From: Oculina patagonica
Taxonomy: Eukaryota
Direction of reading: 5' to 3'
Length of the DNA: 64,000 nt
Assembly: GCF_052425735.1 (NCBI RefSeq)
Contig: NC_135769.1
Location: forward strand, 18,538,001 to 18,602,000
Shown here: positions 13,301-24,600 of the stretch, one piece after another
Layout: the number at the start of each line of letters is the position of its first letter
Position numbering within the stretch: position 1 is the stretch's first letter
The notes under the pieces: generated by a model
Seen by the model: only the letters and a program-made list of their open reading frames with translations
What the model was told of the DNA's origin: nothing
The model's database searches: none
Program-made: the position numbers and the translations under genes

Positions 13301-16300
13301 GTTAAGTGTCTGTTGAATTTACACGATCTAGGAGAGATTTTTTTTCTTGAAGTCGTTTTCGATTCGTTCCTGTCAGGTACAAATGTACAGCGAAGTGTAG
13401 TGTTTATGAATCGAACCCTGTTGTCCATATATTCTACAGTAAGTTTCCCTTCCCTTTGTAAAGGTCACAACGAGAAAAACAGTCTTTGTCAATGGCAGTA
13501 GTGAGTAGGTACAAGACCACCACACTCACCTCTCAACACTTTGGAATCATCTAAAGATGCGGAACGTAATCTCCTGGGCTTCCTTTGAGGGGCCTTTTTC
13601 ACCTTGCTCTTAACAGCCCCCTTCCTTTTGTCCACTGGAGCCGAGTCTTCCGATGAAACGTCTCCAGCCCTCTTGTCAATCACGGACAAGTCACTCATAC
13701 TTCGAGACGCCTTCACTGACAGTCCCTTGTCGACTTTTTCCTTCTGACTTGCGACAGCTTGTTCGTGTATGCGCATGTCTGTTACAGAGTTCGATTTCGT
13801 AGGAAGCTCGCCACCAGGCTCCAAGCTAGTTTTACTGCTACTACTAAGACTCTTGTCCAGGCCGACTCGTCGGCGTGCGGCGATCTCGGCAATTTTTCGC
13901 GTCCTGGCGAAGACAGGACTGGCCGGCGTGACAGGCTTCAATTCTTCATTTCCATCTTCCATCACGGACGAGGCGGTTGGTGAAGTGCGGTCACTTTCAC
14001 CGTCCTCGGTAAAACTAAAAAGCTTCTTCGTTTTCTTGGGCGTAGGCAAAGGCAGCGGAGAACTGGAAAATGAAATGATCACACCAGCTATTGTCACTAT
14101 GGTTTCCATAACGGGAAAGATTCGTCACGCAATTACAAGGCGATTAATCACGCAAGATTGCCACTTTTTCCTTTACTATTTACCTTCGCTTGCGACGAGT
14201 GACAAATATGAGGAAACTACAAGGCTACGGATGCTTTCGGTTGGGAGAATACTACAATTTCGTTCCGAACTATAAGACCTGGCTAAACTAGGAAACATTG
14301 TTGGGGAAACATTGTTCCTTGTCATGTTTCCTAGGTGGCTAAATTAGTGGGAAGCAAGGAAAATGTTTTGCTGCCCGGGTGGCTAAACTAGGAAACAATG
14401 TTCCGGGAACAAACTGTCACGCGTGCGCATAAACTAATCAATATTATTTCCAGGGTGGATAAACTGGGGATACATATGTTTCAGAAGCAAAATTTGAGTC
14501 TGGGAAGCAAAAATGTTCTTGACTTGAGGCAAAAACATTGTTTGTTTCTGTGAAGCAAAATTTGTTTCCGCAACATATGTTGCACGCGTGGCTAAACTGG
14601 GAGACATTTGCGTCCGCAACAATGTTTTCAAGTTAAGCCAGGCCCTTAGGTTTCTGCTTCAGCTTTGTAAATTTGATATCCGTACAGAAAACAAGTTAGG
14701 TCACACACTTAATGCAAGACAAAGATGAGCGTATTACTCTCTCACATTTGAATTCACTTTGTTACATGCTGTAAAATGATCTGCCGTCTTATGACGAGTA
14801 TCTCACCTGGATTCTCGTGTAAACACGTCGTCTGACATCTGAGTGTGAGCAGAAGGTGTCGCACGTGACATCTTGACTGGTGAGTTCTGTAGTGACACCA
14901 TACGAGAAGGCGTCTCTTCGCTCAATGGAGACAGCTTACTAAAGGTGACTAGAAAAGAAAGAATAAGAGTCAATTGCTGCTAAAAAAAATCAGGATTTCC
15001 ATCTACTATTTAGTCATTTACGAAGCCGTTATTTGGGTCAACACGAAACGTTTCTCTTTAGAGACCACTGTGGATCAGACAAATAACATCGAGGAAAATT
15101 GTAACATAATTATGATACTTACATAACCTCTCTCGTGCCAAGGGCATCATTCGTCGATTTAGCCCAGCAAGGAGCGAGGCCTGAAAGAAACGGCATCAAG
15201 TTAACAACAAAGTTAATTTAGTATTTAGGTCTAAAGGCGTAAACAGCAACTCTTTAATGGCAATCAATCAACGCGGCAAGTGACGTTTTACCTTCTGTAA
15301 CGAGTTCAAGGAGCCTTGTGCGTTTTCTTGTGAACTTGCCGCGCTGTTTTCACGTTGTTCAAAATCAGCTGATTGCTCCATGTAAACATCATAAAGTGCC
15401 TGAAGTTCTGCCGAACACTGAATTCCAGAATCTGAAAAGAAACGGTTAAAGTTTCAACTGAAGTTCGATGGTGTAAAATAAATATATCCAAAAGCACATA
15501 CAACAAAATGGGGGGAGGTACCTTCACCTCTCGTTCGCATGATTACCCGCTTTAAGGGTCACTATCACCAGGATTTTGCTACATTTTTGGTCAAAACGCT
15601 GCTGAAACCATGGCTTCCTACCTACCTAGAACACCAAGCTGAAGATATAACGTGAATTGTCGAGGGGAGAAAAAAACCTTTAATTGAGCTTTAAACGAGT
15701 TTTTCCAAGACACAAAGACAGCATTTGAAAAATTTTGTCCCACTTTTTTGCTTTACGATAAAATCCTCGTGCATGCGTAACTCGTGATAACATAACCGAC
15801 CGTTATTATAGGTTGCCATTAACGTTCGGTAAATTTCATTTGGCTTTTGCCTTTTTGAGGTCATGTTTGTGAGAGTGCCCCCTTAACTTTCACGACATCG
15901 CCAGACAAACTTACCGTTTATTACCGCTCTCTGCATTTGAATGATTTCATCGCAAAGTCTTTGCCGCGACTCAAACTTGTTCATCTCCAAATCCTTTTGC
16001 CTCAGTAAATTCTCTCTAAGTAACGAGTTAGACTGGAGCTCAGCATTAGTAATCTCTAGCTCGTGGACTTTGCACAACAATCCTAAAATTTCTCGATTTT
16101 CCTCGCTGCTTATCTTCTTTGGTAAGAGCTCCTCCAAAGCTTCCACCTCCTTCCTTGTCTGTTGAAGTTTCCCTTGAAGATCAGCTTTGAGGTCAGAAGT
16201 ACGTTTTTCTTCTGCGATCAACGTGCTGATTTCTTCTCGCGCAAAAGTTACTTCCTCGGGTTCTGCAATCCCTGCGCTTTCCTCATTACTCGAGTCCGCC

Positions 16301-18675
16301 TTCTTATCCTTTTCAGTGTCCAAGTCTTTGTTTTCGACATCTTCCAAGCTATCGGAAGCAGACAGTGATGTGACTTCACGGCGATGTTCGACAAGCAAAT
16401 GTTTGTCTTGCGTTGCCGAGTCGAAGTCTTTGTCTCCGTTTTCATCCTCGGCCAAGGCCAGGTTTGTCAGGTCGTTCGTAAGCTCGGATTCGTCGGTTTT
16501 CTCTGACAAACTTCTGGTATTTTTGCGCACTCCTCTTCTAGCTTTCTCTTGTTCCCATCTGTAAACAAAGTAAATTACAGTTGAACCTCTGGGACAGAAT
16601 AAGTGAATTAACTGATCGTTGTAGAGAGATGGCTACTGTAGACGTTTCAATAAGAGTCAAGTGTATAGATAAGCACACGGTCACGACAAAAAAAATCCTG
16701 ACTCTTAAAAGGAAAAACCCACATGTGACATTAACCTGGGCACCAAGTGGGAAAAGGAAGTAGAGGACGGCCAAGTGAAACGTGAAGGAGAACGGTGGAG
16801 AAGGAACGCGCTGAGCTGGGACTAACATCGTGGGCTGCAGCTGCTGCTGTGGCCAAAAAATGGCACCGATGGCGATCATTAATGTCCGGCCCTATCTCTC
16901 ACTCGGGGGCAAGGAACTAAGCTAAGCCAAACACGGTCACTCACTCGGTAGTGAAGTGAAGCACTCAGAGGTGAAGTTTGAGGAAGCAAGTTCTAAGAGA
17001 AATGCTACACTACTGACATGCTCAAGTTAGGAAACAGTGGAGATTGCAGTAAGAGAAGTTACCTTGCAGCGGCTCGGCAAAGCTTAAAGTAAAACGCACT
17101 GTTTAAGATAAGTTTTAAGGTAGTGCATTGTGGCATATCTGTGATTGCCACACACTTACTCGTCTATCACCAGCATGTATCTATTCATGTCAAGTGAAAT
17201 CTGCATGGCCGCGTCCTCGAGCTCTATCAACTTGCGCCTGAAATTAAAGAAAAACAACTTCAGTATGGGCTTAAATTCGACTACATGGTATTAACGTTTT
17301 CGCCCGGAACGACAGACTTTTAGGAAATGCTCATGACGATGACAGAATACAGACAGGAACAAATGCTAAACAGGTCACAGAGGCGGCGGAGCGGTTTGGT
17401 TCAAAAATACTCGACGGCAGGTTTTCATATTTGGTGCAACTTTTAGTTTTCTTAGCAGTTTCAAGACCGAAGATTTCCGAAGATTCTCCGATTGTTGTTC
17501 GAAGGCCAAACGAACGTTTCCGATCATTTTTCGATTTTTTCCAAAGATAAACTAAGTTTTCCGAGGAATTCTAAGGAAGTTTCGAAGGTGTTTGAACTTA
17601 CTCACGAGAAGGAATATCTTGACTAAACAATTTTACGCTGAACTTACGCTGTTGCTGCCACATAAAAATAGGTCCGTAATGCGTACGTATATCTTCAGCA
17701 GGGCCAGCCACTTTGTGTAAAATCTCTATGTCTCACCTGATGTCCATCTGCTCTTTAAACGTACTAACAAGCTGATCTCGAAGTCTGTTCATCTCTTCTG
17801 GATTCTTGTCCTTTTGCTGTCCCTTTCCTGTCAAAACAAAGCAAGAAAGAGACTTGATTTGATGATACCTCGACGTACACCATTCCTCCCGAAGAGGAAT
17901 AGAGTTGGGAACCGAAGGCTGCCAACAGAACCCACTTAACATAATCAAGGATGGATAAGAGAGCTAAACCTTTTTGCATGAAACCTTTAAAGTATTACTT
18001 TATAGATTTGACGAAATTAACCTTTCGTTTCAAGCACGGTTTGGAATTCCATTAACCTCTTTTAGAGCGGTTTTCACTTAAATGTCGAATTACATTAATT
18101 TTGTATTACTACGCTTAGTGATTGGTTTTAAACTCCATTGCCACTTTTCAGGCAATCAGAAGTAAAACCAAAACCAATCATGACTCGTCCGCGCACGTTT
18201 CCCCGCGCTCCGCGTTAGCTACATGTATTTGCTTCGAGTTTTGATTGGTTTACTGAATTGTCTGTGTTCTTTGTCATTGGTTAGAGTGATTAATTTGGTT
18301 TTGATTTTACGACGCTCAGTTGAAAACTGCTGTTTCTACTTCGTAATTGTCTTTGCTTATTGAGGACGTCAGAGCATTGAAATCACACGCGCCTCGCTAA
18401 AGATCCCAAAAAGTAATATCCCGGATGACAGAAGATTCATTATCTGGACGCTGGGAGATAATTACGTCACAAGCTACATAAAAATCATTTATTTTCTGAA
18501 ATTAACATCCTACTAGTAAATTTAAACACGGTCGTCACTTACTTGAGTTGTCGCCATTTTCTGTATCATGTTCAGAAATTTTGAGTTTAAGACGAAATAT
18601 TTCCTTTCTCAAGTCAGCAATGATGTTGGTGTACTGTGCGATGTGGTACGACACACTGAACTGGTTTGGCTTGAT
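10381..18675 (-). CDS. KIF19: KIF19 exons 12-21: neck, coiled coils and Ser/Lys-rich disordered tail
   Basis: Includes track ORFs 15883-16530, 13489-14109, 12455-12955 and 10381-10617, joined by GT-AG introns with consistent phase. Stop TGA at 10383-10381. Candidate AATAAA signals on the minus strand at 10021-10026 and 9883-9888. Confidence 0.88.
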
Positions 18676-21600
18676 CTGTACAATAGAAATGAACTCATGT
18701 TATTTACAGATTTTCTTGCTGATTTTATCCGATGTTTGCTACTTGTGCATCTTTGATCTATTCCATACTCTTTATACCTTTAATGTTTCTTGCGCCTTTG
18801 TTTACCTTAATAATTAAAGAAATTACGCCACGGACAACACATCTTGAACAAATCCCCGTTATTGTTCGTAATCCGTCTTAATCTTCGTCACAACTATCCT
18901 TGTTTATTTTCGGTTTGGTGCCTTTCTACTTTATAGAACTATTATTTGATATGATATGAAAGGCATTTTGTACAAGCAAACATATCTGTAGACATATTTA
19001 TCAAGACGGAACAGAACTAGAATTCGTTTTTCCATTCATTCGTGAACATATCTCGAAAATGATGGAATCACACGATCTAACAAGTTGTTGCCCTGAACAA
19101 TCGCCAGAATTTCCGGCCGGTTCAATATCGCCGGGTAGCTTAATTTAATTTACTGATCGTTTTTCCACGGCGTTTGGCGAAAAAGTGAGAGAAAAAGAAA
19201 GATGAGATAATAGCATGTATACAGAGAGTAATTTAACAAAGTCGCTAAGATTTTTCTCTCTCGAGTTGCATCCCTGGTCCGCTTCTGTCTTCTCTCCTCG
19301 ATTTTTAACTGAAATATAAACTTATGTTAATTTGCAATAGGGTACAAGCCAATCACTTCCGCTTCAGAGCCAAGATAAGGGAACTTCCAAAAGTGTTGTT
19401 TTCAATAATTTAAATTAGCACTAATAATCACAGATGACTACAACATCCGGTTAGAAACCAGGACGAAACTGAAGAAGAACTCTCTTGACTTCTGACCTTA
19501 TGGCCAGTGAAAATTGTTTTTATCAAAGTATCAAAAATAATTTGGAATAATTCTAAGCCATTAAAAGTGTACTGAAGAAAACATTGTCCATTAATATTCG
19601 AACCAGAAAACTAAAACCGAATGCTGGACATCTACGGCTCAAACTGAGCGGTACGCTCAGTCAGGTGGGCCTTTTATTAAAACCTGTATGCCCATACAAA
19701 AATAACGTGCTCAGATTCAAAGGAAGAGCTTACACGAGATTGTGACAGCGATATGCCACGAAGAGCTGAGACGAAACCTAACCTATTATGGGAATAGACC
19801 CATGTCTGCCTCTCTGTGAATGAATGAAACAGTAAACTGAAATCGCACATCTTGAAAAATGTAGCCTAAATGTTTAAAGATCTTAGACATTCTTATTCCT
19901 TTGGGGTTTATTATCAATTCTTTGGTGTTTTTCGACTTTAGTAAACCATAATTATGAGATTTCCAACTAATTAAAAGGCAAGGTACCGTATTTTCTCGAT
20001 TAAACGCCGGGTCTCAAAGTTGTATTTGAAAATAGACCCCTTAAACAATTATTCAATTTAGAATAAAAATCAGCGAAAATAAATGACGTTTCGATGAATC
20101 GCGGTTCATCATTATCAAATTCTAAAAAAGTCAGATTCTGATGAGTTCAATATATATTAAGAGTGCGTGTTAAAATCTCGTTGCATAAGATTAAAGACTA
20201 TACAATGTGAATTGTATAGAGTGTTAATTACGAACTAAATAGTTTTGCTTTAATGGAGTCAGATTGAGTGTTCAGTTTAGGTTTTAACTCCTGGATAAAG
20301 AGCATTTCGAAGATCAAGCATTCGAATTTCCCGCGACATTTCTTCAAGATTGTAAATTGCTTGTTAAGATCTTTGTTACTCTGGGTGTGGGCGTCACGCA
20401 GGTGGTTTCCAATAGCTGAGTGCTTATGTTCATCAATGCGTTGGAAAAGGTGTCGGCGAGTGTAGCCTACATAATCCGCATCACACGAATCACATTTAAA
20501 TTTGTAAACAACACATTGTTGATTTATAAGCGGCGGTTTGGCCTCTGCTACATTGATGTCGTCGGCAATTTTCTTGCTTGTGAAAACTGGGCGTAGATCG
20601 CTGTTTATTTTCTTGCCAAGATCGGACAGCTGCCTTCGTACAACGTCTGCTGATCTTTGGTCTTTGAATGGCAGAATAATCCGAACGGGTGCATTTGCTT
20701 GAACATCGCGAACTTGCTGTTGACTTCGCGACTCGGTGAATCGAGTTATGGTGGAATTAACGAGCTTCTCTGGGTACTTTAGTTTGAAGAAGATCCCTCT
20801 CAAGGTTTCACATTCTTCAGCAAATAGATCTGGTGAGGACGAGAGACGGTGGGCACGGTTTAACATAGTCCTTAGAAGGGATCGTTTGTAGCGAGCATCA
20901 ACATGACTTTGATAGTGGAGAAGAAGGCCCTTGTTTGTTGCTTTCCTGTAGACACTTGTTTTCAGCTGTTTTCCGATCTTTATGAGCTCCATTCCAATGA
21001 AAGGTAGTTTGTTGTTGTTTGCAACTTCCATCGTGAAGCTGATTGCTGGGTGTGCCTCGTTTAATGTTGACAGGAAAGCTGTGGCAGTTGGAATATCTTT
21101 AACCGCGGCTAAAGTGTCATCCACGTATCTCTTATAAAACGATGGTAACTTATCCTCGCTTTCTAGTTTCTCCTCGATCGCACACATGAATGTGTTCGCC
21201 ATGAGTGGCCCAAGGGGTGACCCCATCGCTACTCCATCAATTTGTTCATAAAGGCTACCGTTAAACTGAAACAGCTGATGTTTTGTAGCCACTCGTAGAA
21301 GCTCGACAAGGTCATCTTGAGTGATGTTGAGGTTATGTGTCTCATTGAACCAATTCCTGGTGAAGGCCTTGTTCGCGAGAATCTGGATTGTTTCTTCCAG
21401 GGGCACATTCGTAAACAACGCTGATACATCATACGATACCAAGATATCGCCCTCGTTGAAATCCAGCTCGCGGATCTCTTCGGCAAACTGGAACACGTCG
21501 GAGATGGTATGCTTGTTGACGGACAGGGGTTTTAGTTTCTCGTCAAGCCATTTAGCAAGAGCGTAGTTATATGTTCCTGAGGCTGACAAAATTGGTCTCA

Positions 21601-24600
21601 TCGCCAGCCGCTCTTTATGCGTCTTGGGTAGACCATATAGGTGTGCTAGTCTGGACCCTTTCTGGCAGACAGTATCAGCAATGTGTTTTGGAAGAATTTT
21701 CCGAACTATAGAATTAAGATGTTTCTCTTGTATAACGAAAGCCTCCGTTATTAAACAATTATTAAAGGTTTAATATGCTTTAAAAATAATATCTAATTAT
21801 AAAGCTTTCAAAAATAATGAATAAAAATCATTTCTTAGAAACATAGGGCCTGAAAAAACTCCTGGAATCAAATAAACGCCGGCCCTATCGGGCCAAGTTT
21901 GAAATAAACGCCGGGGGCGTTTAATCGAGAAAGATATGCTGATGACTGATTACAGTCAACTCTCGCCTTGCGGACACCCCGCTATTGCGGACACTCGCTA
22001 TTACGGACAAAATCTAGCTCCCGGGGGAAGAGGTTTTTTTGGAAATTTTTCCCCTTTTTTTGACCTCCTATAAAAAAACAAAAAACCACCCCCGCGGGTC
22101 CAGGTACTAAGTAACCAGGCCCGAAACAAGCGGAAAATGACCGGGAGAGCTAAACGAGTGGCCCATATTTAGTATCCCCGACCCCTCGCACCTTCGGTCC
22201 GTCGGTTTAAGCACACTTCTCGGTACAGTCAACTCTCTCCTTGCGGACACCCCGCTATTGCGGACACTCGCTATTACGGACAAAATCCACCTCCCCAGCG
22301 AAAGGGTTTTGACTGGAAATTTCCCCCCCTATTACGGCCTCCCCCTATAAAGGAAAAAAAACCCCCCCCCCGGCGGGGCCCCAACAACGGGGGTGGTAAA
22401 TGTCAGATCACTGCATTTTGCCATTTTGGCAAGTATTCAAAATTGTAAAGAAGAACAACAGTAAAGGGAAAAAACATGATCGAAACTGTAGCTTCCGATG
22501 GCTGCTGTCCAATTTAGTAACAAAATTTCACTTTTCTAGCAAAAATGAATTCAAATCAAAATTGTAGGGGGGGGGGGGGGTGGAGTCCCTGTGCACCTCC
22601 CCCTGATACGGGCTTGAGTAACCCGTGGGGAGCTTAAGCTAATCTATTTTCAAAAAATGTGGCAAGCAGCCCTAACATAATATAACATAACATGCTCAGA
22701 TTATATGGAAGCCGAGCTAACACAAGTCCATAACAGTGATATTTCCGGAGAAAAGTTGAAACGATACATATTGGGGGTGCTCAGAGTACAGTAGAATCCC
22801 TAGTGTTCGAATCACCAGGGGAAACGAAATTGCTTCGAGAAATCGGGGGTAAAATTACAGAGTAAAACTATACAAGGGACACGAGAATTGGTTCGAGAAA
22901 TCGGGAGTTTCGAGAAATCGGGATTCTACGGTATAAAGCTGAATGCCTAACAAATACGAAGAGTTTTTTTAACTGGGCACAACTAAATCGAGTGAAAATG
23001 AGTAGTAGTACACTGATAGAGGTGTTTGGTCATATCGTGTTTAGTTTTACACGAGGCGTGACAGAGCACTACAACCCAGAAGAACCTGAATTCACGGCAG
23101 AGTCTTTTGGCTACGATCCTCTACAAAGCACAGGTCGAGAATGGTATTATCATCCTGTTGATGAGCTTATTTATCAAGAATACAGCGACAGAGAAGCCAC
23201 AAGCTTGGACTATCTTGTGTCTAGCCGTCTCGATATAAGGGTTATAGACGCGTGTTCGGCAGAGGAAAATGAAGAAACGCAAGATGATCAACAAGATGAA
23301 GATAGAGCAATGGCTTGGAAGCGAGTCAGACCATCCGCTCTCCGTACAGTTTGTAAATCAATGTACATTGGAGCTTTGATTTCGCTACTCACTGCTACCA
23401 TCATAGGTTCAGTATACATGCTCTTCTCTTATTTGAGTTTTAAAACTATACACAACTGTGAATTTCACCAAAAGAAGTCCATTCCAGTACAAGTACAATG
23501 GATGAGATCAATTTCTGATGTGGTTTCATGTGCTTTTCTTTACATGTGGTACTTTGATTGTATTATATTTCTTTTTCGCCCATATCAATTGATGGGAATA
23601 AGAAGAAAACTTCTTCTAGTTTGCTGCGCAATGTATTGTTTGGATGCAATTTATCGTGTGGCTTTACAAGCTCTAGGAATATCTTACTCGAAGTTTACTC
23701 CTTCACAAAAGATTCCACTCAACGTCTTGTTTGCTACCAGTGTATGTTTCCAAGCCTATCTTTTAACAAATCACTGTCGCCTACCTACTAGAAGACGGCG
23801 GGCGACTTTGTTCTTACAACTGACGGTACCCATCTACGTTGGATTATTTCTTGCCATTCCTTTAGCTTTCTTTATTTATCCAGCGTATAACAAACAAAAC
23901 AAAGAAGGCAAATTGATAATCGCACTCTTCGCTCCTCTCATTGGAGTCGTACTCAAACTGATTTCTCGAATTTGTGTCCAGCGGTTATGGAACATTACTC
24001 ATCCGGGATATTCCTATGTCTTATTAGCGCCGTTGTATTTTGCTTCAGCGGTTATGTTTCGAATTTTACAGGCGGACCTTGGCAGTTTGCAATCCATCGC
24101 TCTTCTTGGAATAATTCACGGCGCCGCAGAAGTCATAGAACGAAGCACCATGGTTGTTATTGATCACATTTGTCATGTCATTTGGAAACGAACATTAGCT
24201 CCTTGGGGAAGTTTTCGTACTCCTCGCCGTGAGAGACTAATGGCTGATATCGCTATCATGAGCATGTTGTCGGAATCAACTGCAATAGTGTCTGTTAACG
24301 GATTTTTGTACTTATATCAATTTATTTATATACAAAACGATTCCTTTTTAAAGTTACTGCAGTCTTTTGCCATTCATACTTCAGTTCAGCTGGTGATTGA
24401 GTGTTTTTTCACCAGCGTGTCTCTAGCGATCGAGACTCGCTATCAAAATATGGCTGTCATGGCTGTTTGGCGAAGAAGATGGAAAAGACAAATCTTGGTA
24501 GCATTGGTTAATGCGGTGCCTTTAGCTCTGTGGACGAGTACTACCCTTATAGAAGTTGTACATGGACGTTTCAATGAGGCTAACCAGCCTTGTAAAATGC

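Larger units (their letters stand above)
20054..21750 (-). mobile_element. 5'-truncated Penelope-like retroelement (RT + GIY-YIG endonuclease)
   Basis: ORF 20228-21601 extends upstream in frame to [14 protein letters not shown] motifs [22 protein letters not shown]. Endonuclease [33 protein letters not shown]. Flanked by the 13-bp direct repeat ttaaacaattatt (20041-20053, 21751-21763). Confidence 0.92.
19986..21938. mobile_element. Tc1/mariner-pogo-like MITE interrupted by the Penelope insertion
   Basis: Left end ccgtattttctcgattaaacgcc, right end ggcgtttaatcgagaaagatatg; internal aataaacgccgg repeats. Confidence 0.65.

Noticed and set aside
13769-14275. 168-aa plus-strand ORF (and similar ORFs at 15941-16564, 18548-18817, 44670-44960)
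   Set aside because: Antisense shadows of KIF19 coding exons.
20228-21730. The RT as part of a diversity-generating or retron-like system acting on the array
   Set aside because: It is an ordinary 5'-truncated Penelope-like element with GIY-YIG and its own target duplication. I saw no template/variable repeat pair or adenine-specific variation.
22030-22400. G/C and A homopolymer-rich stretches as G-quadruplex or regulatory elements
   Set aside because: They replace the expected second half of a MITE that is intact at 58609-58783 and look like long-read base-calling errors.
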